A DNA stretch of 59,252 nt from Clostridia bacterium (lineage in GTDB: Bacteria; Bacillota; Clostridia; Christensenellales; UBA1242). Below the pieces are notes generated by a model. That model worked only from the letters and a program-made list of their open reading frames with translations. It had not been told where the DNA came from and made no database searches. The stretch covers positions 1-59,252 of the forward strand of contig JAFZSF010000012.1 in the NCBI GenBank assembly GCA_017619495.1, given 5' to 3'. Of this stretch, positions 8,331 to 17,693 are shown piece after piece; positions within the stretch are counted from its first letter, which is position 1; each line of letters starts with the position of its first letter. Made by a program: the position numbers and the translations under genes.

Positions 8331-10610
8331 ATGCAACTGGTACAATGTCACATTGAAAATTTCGGTAAGTTGCATGATTTTAATTACACTTTTACCGACG
8401 GCTTAAATAATTTGCCAGCGGCGAATGGTTGGGGCAAAAGTACTTTGGCGACTTTTATTAAAGCTATGTTTTACGGGTTGCCGGTTACGACAAAAAAAGA
8501 CTTGGACGAAAACGAACGCAAAAAGTATCAGCCTTGGCAGGGGGGTAATTACGGGGGTAACTTAGTTTTTAATGTTCACGGCAAACAATACAAAATTGAG
8601 CGGTTTTTTGGTAAAAAACAGGCTGAGGATAGTTTTAATCTGCTTGAAGTGAGTACCGGTAAGAAAAGCCATGCTTTTACGGAAAATCTTGGGGTGGAGC
8701 TTTTTGGATTAGATGTGGCAGCGTTTGAACGCAGTTCTTATATTCCGCAGAAAACCTTGGATTCTAATTTTAACGAAAGTCTGGCACAAAAATTAAATCA
8801 TGTTTTGCAAGGGGCGTCCGAAGATGAAAATCTTGAAAACGCACTGGCGCGGTTGGATAAAAAACGCGTCACTTTATCGAACAATAAAAAGACGGGTCAA
8901 ATCCAGGTTCTGGCGACACAACTTGATGCAGTTGCCACGCGTATGCATGAATTGGCAGGTGGCAGTCAAGCGATTAATGATTTACAGCGACAAATTGCGA
9001 TACAGGACGAAAAGTGTCGTGTTTTACGGGAGCAACAAACACAAATTCGACAACAGATTAAAGATTATGCCAAGTGGCAAGAAAAACAAGCCAATCAAGC
9101 ATTATATGCTGAATTAAACCGTAAAGTTATGGCAACGCAAACCGCGCTTAAAAACCGGCAGGCGGTTTTGCGGGGACACCAGACCAGTGTGACGGAAATT
9201 GACAGTTACATTGCTTTGGAAAAGACGGTTACTGCCAAAGCAAATGCGCTACAAATGAATCAGGGGGATTATGTGCGCGCGCGTAAACAAGCTTTGGAAA
9301 CTTATTTTAAGGGAAAAGTGCCGACGGCGGAAAAGGTTAAATCCATCTATGATGATGTGTTGCAGTATAATGCACTGCGCGCACAAACGGACAATTGGGT
9401 AGTGCGTAAGACACAAAAGCGTGGTCAGGCGCGTGGTTGGCGGTTAGGCCTGCTAGCATTAGCCTTGGTTGCGGTATTGAGCGGAGTGGCGCTTTGGACG
9501 GTACAACTCGGCGTGGCGGTCGCTTTGATCGTAGCTGGGGCGGGTGCGTGTTTAGGGGCGCTGTATTTATCCTTGGTTAATATGATTAACACTAAGACCG
9601 CGCTGCAGCCAAGTATTGATTACGAACGCTTAAAGGAAAACCAAACTTTAATGTTAAAGTTGCAGCAAAGCATCAGTGAATTTTTAAGTCCATACGAAAG
9701 CACAAATGATTATTTAACCGCCATTAATCATGTGCATAATAACTGGCGTGAATACGAAAATTTGCAAGCCCAATCAGTTTGGCAAGCACAACAAGCGGGG
9801 GCGTGGTCAGCTACAATTATGGCGGACCAGACCAAGTTACAAAACTATTTAGCGCAGTTCCAGTTAGACACCACCAACACGGCGTCAGAACAATTGGCAA
9901 CCTTAAAACAAGTTGTCATTGATTTGGCGAATTTGCAGACACAATTGACGGAGGACCAGCGCGCACTGGAACAATTTAAAACAGCGAAAAATTTTGATCT
10001 AAATGAAGCGGTGGTGACGGTGGATATTAATGAACTACAACGCACAGAGAATGATTTACAAACACAAATCGATGCCTATAATGCGGATAAGGCGCAGTTG
10101 ATTGCCAAAATTGATAAGATTCAAAATGAAATGTCCGAACTTGATGATTGTGAAGCTAGAAAGATTAATTTACAAACCGAAAAGCAAACTTTGGAAGCAT
10201 CATTAGCGGCGGTGCAATCCGCAATGCAATTTTTGCAAATGGCGAATGAGAGTTTGGCAACTAAATTTTTGGCTCCGATGAAAGCAGGTGTAAAAAAATA
10301 TTTACAGTTATTGACCGACCAGAATTTTGACAATCTGAATTTAGATACGGATTTCAAAATCAAATTTGAAGAATACGGCAAGTTGCGCGCGGTTGAACAT
10401 TACAGCCGTGGTTATCAGAACGCTATTGATTTAAGTATGCGCTTTGCGTTAATTGACGCGCTATATCAACAAGAAAAGCCGTTCATTGTCTTAGACGACC
10501 CGTTCATTAATTTGGACGAAGCGAAGGTGGCAAAAGCTAAATCATTTTTGCAGACTTTGGCTAAGGATTACCAACTGATTTATTTTACTTGCCACGCGTC
10601 TCGATGCTGA
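8331..10610 (+). CDS. SbcC/Rad50-like AAA ATPase (YhaN type) with a central hydrophobic hairpin
   Basis: Walker A (NGWGKST), long coiled-coil-like Q/E/K-rich arms and a C-terminal Walker B (FIVLDDPF). Two hydrophobic helices lie mid-protein. Confidence 0.85.
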   Translation: MQLVQCHIENFGKLHDFNYTFTDGLNNLPAANGWGKSTLATFIKAMFYGLPVTTKKDLDENERKKYQPWQGGNYGGNLVFNVHGKQYKIERFFGKKQAEDSFNLLEVSTGKKSHAFTENLGVELFGLDVAAFERSSYIPQKTLDSNFNESLAQKLNHVLQGASEDENLENALARLDKKRVTLSNNKKTGQIQVLATQLDAVATRMHELAGGSQAINDLQRQIAIQDEKCRVLREQQTQIRQQIKDYAKWQEKQANQALYAELNRKVMATQTALKNRQAVLRGHQTSVTEIDSYIALEKTVTAKANALQMNQGDYVRARKQALETYFKGKVPTAEKVKSIYDDVLQYNALRAQTDNWVVRKTQKRGQARGWRLGLLALALVAVLSGVALWTVQLGVAVALIVAGAGACLGALYLSLVNMINTKTALQPSIDYERLKENQTLMLKLQQSISEFLSPYESTNDYLTAINHVHNNWREYENLQAQSVWQAQQAGAWSATIMADQTKLQNYLAQFQLDTTNTASEQLATLKQVVIDLANLQTQLTEDQRALEQFKTAKNFDLNEAVVTVDINELQRTENDLQTQIDAYNADKAQLIAKIDKIQNEMSELDDCEARKINLQTEKQTLEASLAAVQSAMQFLQMANESLATKFLAPMKAGVKKYLQLLTDQNFDNLNLDTDFKIKFEEYGKLRAVEHYSRGYQNAIDLSMRFALIDALYQQEKPFIVLDDPFINLDEAKVAKAKSFLQTLAKDYQLIYFTCHASRC

Positions 10611-10685
10611 GAATTATGGTGCGATTTACATTTCAAATTTTATTAAACTATGTTATACTGTAACGAAACAAAAGGAGGCATTAAC

Positions 10686-11537
10686 ATGAAAAAGAAGTTG
10701 TGGTTGGTCGTAGCGTCTTTCGTGTTGTTATCCGTAATGGCTTATGCGGTCGTCGGGTGGACTTTCTTTTGGGGTAAACGGGAGCCTGCTGATGCGGTTC
10801 AAAATAGCACTGTTACCAAAGCTTTTTACACGGTTGATTTTGTAACTCATGGAACCACTACTATTAATTCACAAGCAGTGCCCCATGGACAGAAGGCAAC
10901 GAAACCAGTTGACCCGACTTTTGAAGGTTGTATTTTTATGGGGTGGTATTTAGATGCCAATTATAGTGGTGAGCCATTTGATTTTGATAAGCCGATTACC
11001 AGTGATATGACCTTGTATGCCTGTTGGAATGCGATTATTTATACGGTAACTTTTGACAGTTGTGGTGGCACTGCGGTCGCAGCAATCCCCGTGATGGAAG
11101 GGAAAAAAATTACTGAACCAACGACCGAGTGGACAGGATATGAATTTAGGGGTTGGTATACTGACGAAGCGTATAGTACCCCGTTTGATTTCGACCAAAA
11201 GATTACGCAAAATATTACTCTTTATGCCAAATGGTCGATTCGGTTTACATTGGCTCATGATGGGGAATCTTATGGGGTTACGGAATATGATGGTACCGCG
11301 TCAGCAATTACGATTCCCGCCATCTATCGTGGTAAACCGGTCACATATATTGGCAAGTGGGTTTTTGAAAATTGTCAAACTTTAACTTCGGTTGTGATTG
11401 AGGAAGGTGTTTTGCGCCTTGATCGCTGTGTGTTTTATGGCTGCAGTAATTTAATGACGATAATTATTCCGGTCAGTGTGATCGAAATTGATGAAGATGC
11501 TTTCCGTAATTGTCCAGCTGAAATTATCCGTAAATAA
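10686..11537 (+). CDS. surface protein with Listeria/Bacteroides-type repeats and a BspA-type LRR
   Basis: SD (aaaggagg), a signal-anchor helix, two repeats of the YTV.F...G......v..G.....P..P...GY.F.GWY type, and a C-terminal FENCQTLTSVVI / FYGCSNL LRR. Confidence 0.75.
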   Translation: MKKKLWLVVASFVLLSVMAYAVVGWTFFWGKREPADAVQNSTVTKAFYTVDFVTHGTTTINSQAVPHGQKATKPVDPTFEGCIFMGWYLDANYSGEPFDFDKPITSDMTLYACWNAIIYTVTFDSCGGTAVAAIPVMEGKKITEPTTEWTGYEFRGWYTDEAYSTPFDFDQKITQNITLYAKWSIRFTLAHDGESYGVTEYDGTASAITIPAIYRGKPVTYIGKWVFENCQTLTSVVIEEGVLRLDRCVFYGCSNLMTIIIPVSVIEIDEDAFRNCPAEIIRK

Positions 11538-11616
11538 TTAACCGACCCGCATAAAATACAAAACAATTATTCTTTACAAAAACGAAGTATTATTATATAA
11601 TGTGTTTTGTATTGAT

Positions 11617-11691
11617 AGGGGTATCGCCAAGCGGTAAGGCACGAGACTTTGACTCTCGCATTCGTAGGTTCAAATCCTGCTACCCCTGCCA
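11617..11691 (+). tRNA. tRNA-Gln (UUG)
   Basis: 75-nt cloverleaf folded by hand: acceptor AGGGGTA/TACCCCT, anticodon loop CTTTGAC, GTTCAAATCC T-loop, encoded CCA. Confidence 0.9.
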
Positions 11692-11852
11692 AATCAATCC
11701 ACATACACAATTATCCCTTGTTTGCCCAAATCATTGATGGTGATTTTTTTTGGACGTGGGCTTGGGATTGATGTAGTGCGCGGGGGTGGTAATAATCACA
11801 ATCGATAGTTCTTCTTGCAAAATAAAATTCGCATTGATATAATTAAGTATAT

Positions 11853-13454
11853 ATGAAAAAGAAGATAACAATTGTATCACTTATCATTTGTTCAGTTTTA
11901 CTTGTAATATGTTGCGTTAGTGTGTTTTTAATTAGCAAAGATAAACAAAACAGCACGACAACTTTAGAAACACTTAATATGAATTATTTTAAAAATCTTC
12001 AATTGGATATAGAAGATGTTAAATCATTGGGAATTAGTAATGAAAATTTAGAAAACGAAAAACAATTATCCACCGCAAGTATTCGCACGGCTGAAAGTAA
12101 TTCAAAAAATAGTCATTCAAAATATTTCTTATACGCAACGAAAGAAAATTCTAATGGTGAAATTAGATTTGAAAAAGTTAAATTCAAAAAACATAGTTCG
12201 ATTCAAGAAGATGTTTATGATGACAAAAATCAAAAAATTGATTATCAAATCACTCAAGATAAACTTAATACTCAAATAAATAAATTATATATCACCGAAA
12301 AATATACGTTTATTCAGTTCATTGCACTCGTTGCGGAAAGTGGTACATATTCTTATCAAGATGAGAATAAACAGGTGCATGAAGAATATGTAACTTTAAG
12401 ACCTAATGATTTAACATATAACAATGGAGTTTCCGATTTTGATACGATGGACTATTTCAGCAATCATTTTACTTATAGTTTCGTAATATCAAACGAAACG
12501 AATCATATTTATAAAATTACGGATTTTACCATTAAAAAAATTAAAGATGGTTTAGTTAGTGATGAAAATGGCTTGATTTACCAAATTTTAATTGATGAAG
12601 ACAATAATCTTCAATTTAACAGCCTTTTTAATAATCCCAATATAACTGTTTTAGATTGTTTTCAAGATACATATGGAAACAACTACATTAAAAATACTAC
12701 TGTTAATGAAATTGATGCAATCACGAATACGGTTTTTTATACCACAGGGTATTATCGAACTGTAGAAAATGTTGTTATAAAAATTGACGGAAATATTGGG
12801 TGGGACTCAAACACTCAAATCAATCGTATTGATATCTCCGCAGTTAAAAAAGTCGGTAAAAACTTACAATTAATGGATATTTTAGCTAATGAAAAGTTCG
12901 ATTTCGAAAATCAAAGAATTGCTGGCGAATACTATGATAGTTGGAATAAATTATCAAAAATCGAAAATGGAAAACTTTACTTGTTTGGGGCATCTGTTTC
13001 GTCTAAAGTATTATTTACGATTTATGATCTTGAGTTAAATTGCCAAAAGTCATATTACATTGTTAGTAATTACATATATCCAATATCAAATGATACAATC
13101 ATTCATTTTAGTAATGAAACAAACAAAGTTGGAAATTTATCTTATTTAATAATCAATTTTGAAGATGTTTCTAATTGGGATATGTCATATTCGGATGTCG
13201 ATTATTATTTAAGTAGTGAATCATTAGGAAATGAAGTTCAACTGCTTCTTGCAAACTGCTTATGGAATTATAAGTTTTTGACCAATGAAGAGTGTCAATG
13301 GAATAATTTCAGTATTGACACCATCGCCGCCAGAAAGGAATATACCGTCACTCAAGCCGATGATGGTACCGTGAAACTTGAATTAATTGATGATTTTACA
13401 TCGAACGGAAATATAATCATATCTTTCCAACCAATAAAAATGAGAAATGCTTAG
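11853..13454 (+). CDS. hypothetical secreted or membrane-anchored protein (533 aa), AT-rich
   Basis: Long ORF with an N-terminal signal-anchor (IVSLIICSVLLVICCVSVFLI). Codon composition is visibly more AT-rich than the neighbours. No family recognised. Confidence 0.6.
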   Translation: MKKKITIVSLIICSVLLVICCVSVFLISKDKQNSTTTLETLNMNYFKNLQLDIEDVKSLGISNENLENEKQLSTASIRTAESNSKNSHSKYFLYATKENSNGEIRFEKVKFKKHSSIQEDVYDDKNQKIDYQITQDKLNTQINKLYITEKYTFIQFIALVAESGTYSYQDENKQVHEEYVTLRPNDLTYNNGVSDFDTMDYFSNHFTYSFVISNETNHIYKITDFTIKKIKDGLVSDENGLIYQILIDEDNNLQFNSLFNNPNITVLDCFQDTYGNNYIKNTTVNEIDAITNTVFYTTGYYRTVENVVIKIDGNIGWDSNTQINRIDISAVKKVGKNLQLMDILANEKFDFENQRIAGEYYDSWNKLSKIENGKLYLFGASVSSKVLFTIYDLELNCQKSYYIVSNYIYPISNDTIIHFSNETNKVGNLSYLIINFEDVSNWDMSYSDVDYYLSSESLGNEVQLLLANCLWNYKFLTNEECQWNNFSIDTIAARKEYTVTQADDGTVKLELIDDFTSNGNIIISFQPIKMRNA

Positions 13455-13472
13455 GTTGTGTATTTGCAGTTT

Positions 13473-13484
13473 CTACCCCTGCCA
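13473..13484 (+). repeat. 12-nt direct repeat of the tRNA-Gln 3' end (CTACCCCTGCCA)
   Basis: Exact copy of 11680-11691, located just after the stop of the AT-rich ORF. Confidence 0.6.
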
Positions 13485-13847
13485 CCTGAACTGCCGGTTC
13501 TGATGACCGGCTTTTTTTATTAAATAGCAAGACATTTACCGGTTGTAATAAATAAAAAAGGGCACCGTTGCAGGCGCCTTTTTTGCTTGGTAGTTCCGAG
13601 GTAGAATTAACCTTAATTTTTATACAAGATATAGTAATTAGCTATAAAAAGATGTCTGTATATTGATTTAGTCATAGTTTTTGTCATAGTATTTTGGGTA
13701 TTTTTCTGTAAAAAACTTTATTATTGTAAAATATCGTGCAATGATACTTGATTTGGTAGTGGGAAATTTTGTCGAAGAAAAGATTTTTATAATTAGTGAT
13801 GTATGATACAATGTTGTATCAAATAATAATAATCAGGAGGATATGCA

Positions 13848-16800
13848 ATGAAAAATCTTCACATTTCCTTAAAAAATTTTTTAATGTTGTTGTGTCTGCT
13901 AGCGATGTTTCCGTTTGCAATACTGTTAACGGCATGTGATGGTGGGGGCTCAGGAACGGTGACACCGGACAGAACAATTATGGATGTGAGCTGCGCGATT
14001 CGTGATAGCAGTGTTAATTACACGTTTGTGAATGATTATGAAATTCGGATTGCACATGATGCGAATATTTACAGTCTCATTGGTAATCAGGATTTTATTG
14101 TGACAGTTTATTATTCGGATGGCACTAACGAGGTTGTTAATTTGGGTTATACCGTTAATATTGTCGACCATACTAGCGAAGGTATGTATTACGATTACAC
14201 AATTGAAGTTAGTTATTCGGGTATTGATTATACAATTTGTTCCATCAATGTAATTGTTGATGCAGAGATGTTGCCAATGTTTACAAACCTTTCTGCGATT
14301 GGTGATATTTATTCGGGTTATAATTTTACCGAAGAATTACGTTATACTGGTAATGAATACGATGTTTCCGAAATGATTGTTACCGGTGATGGTACAACCT
14401 TGGCAGAGTTAGTTGCGCAAAACAAAGTAACTTTGGATACTTCAAATTACGGTTGTGCTTTACCAACTTGTACCTACCAAACAACAAATCCAAATGTATA
14501 TTGTGGTAATGATCAATATGATAATTATTCATTTATCATCCGGGCGAACCGTGGTTATCAATGGGAAATTGAAGGACAAGCGGTTGATTCGTTAACCGTA
14601 AACTGGCAAATTAAACGTCAAATTATTGATACACCGGTATTAACTTCGGCAACTGAATTTACTTATCAACACCGTGCTGAAACAGTCAATGGCCAAACAA
14701 CTTATGTTGGTGTACCACAAAGTTTAACCTTTAATTATGGTAATGGGGCACTGTATGTTACTCCCGCGGATCAACAAACCGATCATGGAATGTACCAAAC
14801 TGTGTTGAGAGTGAAAGATGAATGCGATGAATTCTACACCTTTATGATTAATGGTGAAGAACGTGATTCAGTGTGGTTTGATTGGTCAATTACACCAATG
14901 CAATTAACACGACCGACCATTGCGCAAAATCATTATACTTATACTGGCAGCGAAATTAAACCAGCCGTAATTAGTGATTATTTGGATTTGTTTGACATTA
15001 CTTATCCAACTTGGTGTGTTGCAGCATCATCGGAAAATTCTTGGTACCAAATTGGTATTAGTTTGAAACCTGAATATTATTATTCGTACAATTATAATTT
15101 GGGTTATGATGAAAGTAATCCTGTTTATAACGTTAATCTAAATTACTACATTGATCCAGCATCATTCCCGACCGCAATCGCAACAGACCTTGATAATATC
15201 AACTTTGTTTTGGAAAAGGATTTGAATTACGACTATGGTACTTATGCGTCATCAATGACTTATGAAGAATATGTGAATGCTTTATATAAAGGTGATTTCG
15301 TTAATTCGGTTGTTGAGATGGCAGAATTCCAAGACCAATATGACAGTGAACGTTGGAGTAGATTTGAATTTGAATTACCTGATACTATGCCTGATGGTTT
15401 AACCGCCGACAGTTATCTTGATGCGAATACAACTACTGGTTATCCGGTTAAAGTTATGTACTGGTATGACCAAACAAATTATCAACCCTATACCTTTACG
15501 GCAATTTTGAAAATAAAACCAAAAGAAATGCCAATTAATACGACCTGGCAGCGTTGGATTTCTACCACAGGATACAGTGGATATATCAACACAGCAGACA
15601 GCGAAATCGTTTATGATCCGGAGGCAACATATGGTTATTACTTAAATAATTTCCATGAAATTGCAGTAAATTATACGATTTATTATGGTACAACGGAAAA
15701 CAATATCAATACACCTGTTAATGCTATGTCAAATGCAGGTTATTATCGTATCGTGGCAACTTTAGTGGCACCCAACAACAATAACACAAATAACTTCTTG
15801 ATTTATGATGAAGATGATAATAGTAAAACTCCAATTGCATCTTTAACATATCCAAACATTATACACATTAGCCCAAAACCGGTTTCATTCTGGGCTTACA
15901 GTGGTACAGTAAATTATGTTAATACTTGTGAAAATTATTACGTAGAGGGCGTGGCACGAAGCATTGATAAGCCAACCTTACATGACACTTTGGTATTACC
16001 TTATGTTGATGATCAAAATGACCAAGTGGAACGAGTAACATACTATCGTGCTAATCAAAATGCGGCTTGGACGGTAGCTGAAAACACGATTGATGTCGGT
16101 TATTATAAAACAGTGTTTACTTGGCATTTGAATGACCAATACAATGATGGTAACTATCAATTGGTATCGTTTGATGCCGATACTAATGCTAATGTCGACG
16201 GTGGTTTTGCAACGGTTGAATGGTATATTTACCCCAATACTTATGCATTACAAACCACAAACCCCAATGCAGATGGTTACATTGGTTGGTTGAATAATGA
16301 TGAATTTAGCGTGTATTATAATAATAACTACGATTGGTTTGCTGAATTGCCAGTTACAAAACCAGATGGTATCGGTATTGACTATATGTATGATAATGCT
16401 CATTACAATAGTGAAACCGGTGTGTGGCAAAGTTCTGGCAGTCAAAATTCGTCTAACCCGTCTGAAACGGGCGATTACTTGATGTATGCGAACTTCTATG
16501 TTAAAAACATCGCAGGTTGGGATCAGGTGACGGTAACAGTAGATGGTGAAGCGCGTATAATTAGTGAAGGCCATAAAATTATTTATTCTACAAATTCAAA
16601 ACATTTAGCCATTGTGGAGCAAACACCATCAAATATCGTCTTAAACAACAATGTGACATTTAACGTAGGTGGTTACAAATATTTCAGCTTTACCACGGGT
16701 GATGCTACGGAATATATGATTATTACCAATGAATCTAATGCAGTATTTAATCTTCGTTTAGCTAACGGAACGGACTATACATATTTACAAGGTGCAAGAT

Positions 16801-17384
16801 TAAACAATAGTCAATCTTATTACCTTTTACACGAATTGGAACCGAATACGAATTATGTTTTAAGGATTGGTCCAAATTCTAATTCTACTGAAGGCACACG
16901 TAGTTTCATGTTGATGGTATATCCGGAGCAATTAGATTTTGAATATTCAAATGCAGTTACGGTTTATGATTTTACTAATGGTACGACTACTAGTGGTGGT
17001 TTTGTAATTTCCGCCCATGATGTTAATGTTGGTGAAACGGTAACAGTTCCGGCAACAGTTTATGCCGGTGTACCAACCAATCCGGATGAACCGATGAATT
17101 TAACATATTCAGCACATGATGTTATTGCTATTACAGCTAATGGTTTTGAAAATAACACCATGACACGCATTGATTTACCGTTTATCAAAAACATCGGTGA
17201 CCACGCGTTCAAAAATTGTACCAATTTGCGTGAAATCCATTTTGCTTATTATAATGGTGATTGGAAGAATATAGTCTTTGGTAAAAATGCATTTGAGGGT
17301 TGTACGAATTTAACTTTGTACACTGGTAATGGTGGAATTTATCACGTTTCTGAAGATGGTTCAATTACCGAAATTAACGCCTAA
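13848..17384 (+). CDS. large surface lipoprotein with a C-terminal BspA-type LRR (1178 aa)
   Basis: SD (caggagga), a signal peptide with lipobox (AILLTAC), a Y/N/T-rich beta-type body and C-terminal DHAFKNCTNL / NAFEGCTNL LRR units. Confidence 0.75.
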   Translation: MKNLHISLKNFLMLLCLLAMFPFAILLTACDGGGSGTVTPDRTIMDVSCAIRDSSVNYTFVNDYEIRIAHDANIYSLIGNQDFIVTVYYSDGTNEVVNLGYTVNIVDHTSEGMYYDYTIEVSYSGIDYTICSINVIVDAEMLPMFTNLSAIGDIYSGYNFTEELRYTGNEYDVSEMIVTGDGTTLAELVAQNKVTLDTSNYGCALPTCTYQTTNPNVYCGNDQYDNYSFIIRANRGYQWEIEGQAVDSLTVNWQIKRQIIDTPVLTSATEFTYQHRAETVNGQTTYVGVPQSLTFNYGNGALYVTPADQQTDHGMYQTVLRVKDECDEFYTFMINGEERDSVWFDWSITPMQLTRPTIAQNHYTYTGSEIKPAVISDYLDLFDITYPTWCVAASSENSWYQIGISLKPEYYYSYNYNLGYDESNPVYNVNLNYYIDPASFPTAIATDLDNINFVLEKDLNYDYGTYASSMTYEEYVNALYKGDFVNSVVEMAEFQDQYDSERWSRFEFELPDTMPDGLTADSYLDANTTTGYPVKVMYWYDQTNYQPYTFTAILKIKPKEMPINTTWQRWISTTGYSGYINTADSEIVYDPEATYGYYLNNFHEIAVNYTIYYGTTENNINTPVNAMSNAGYYRIVATLVAPNNNNTNNFLIYDEDDNSKTPIASLTYPNIIHISPKPVSFWAYSGTVNYVNTCENYYVEGVARSIDKPTLHDTLVLPYVDDQNDQVERVTYYRANQNAAWTVAENTIDVGYYKTVFTWHLNDQYNDGNYQLVSFDADTNANVDGGFATVEWYIYPNTYALQTTNPNADGYIGWLNNDEFSVYYNNNYDWFAELPVTKPDGIGIDYMYDNAHYNSETGVWQSSGSQNSSNPSETGDYLMYANFYVKNIAGWDQVTVTVDGEARIISEGHKIIYSTNSKHLAIVEQTPSNIVLNNNVTFNVGGYKYFSFTTGDATEYMIITNESNAVFNLRLANGTDYTYLQGARLNNSQSYYLLHELEPNTNYVLRIGPNSNSTEGTRSFMLMVYPEQLDFEYSNAVTVYDFTNGTTTSGGFVISAHDVNVGETVTVPATVYAGVPTNPDEPMNLTYSAHDVIAITANGFENNTMTRIDLPFIKNIGDHAFKNCTNLREIHFAYYNGDWKNIVFGKNAFEGCTNLTLYTGNGGIYHVSEDGSITEINA

Positions 17385-17410
17385 TTAAAATTATTAAAAC
17401 AATTAGAACG

Positions 17411-17450
17411 CAAAAACAAAAGGCACAAAACATTGTGCCTTTTGTTTTTG
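17411..17450. terminator. bidirectional terminator hairpin
   Basis: CAAAAACAAAAGGCACAaaacatTGTGCCTTTTGTTTTTG: a long perfect palindrome between the lipoprotein gene and the 3' end of tRNA-Glu. Confidence 0.8.
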
Positions 17451-17525
17451 TGGTAGTCCCGATGGGAATCGAACCCATGATACCACCGTGAAAGGGTGGT
17501 GTCTTAACCGCTTGACCACGGGACC
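17451..17525 (-). tRNA. tRNA-Glu (UUC)
   Basis: 75 nt. The minus strand reads GGTCCCGTGGTCAAGCGGTTAAGACACCACCCTTTCACGGTGG...GGGTTCGATTCCC...CCA. A TTGCAA/TAAAAT promoter lies upstream. Confidence 0.9.
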
Positions 17526-17635
17526 AATACTTTTGTATTTTAACATAACAATGCGCGCTTTGCAAGCATAAAAAAATTAACTGCCCGTGCAATGTTAATT
17601 GGCCGTTTATAAAAGCAGACAAAAAAGCCCAAACA

Positions 17636-17690
17636 TAGTCAATGCATTTTGAAACTAGCGGAAAAACTCTCAAGTTATGAAAGTTTTTCC
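17636..17690 (+). repeat. left-end repeat copy B (terminus plus subterminal hairpin)
   Basis: TAGTCAATGCATTTTGAAACTAGCGG followed by the hairpin GGAAAAACT...AGTTTTTCC. Confidence 0.8.
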
Positions 17691-17693
17691 GTT

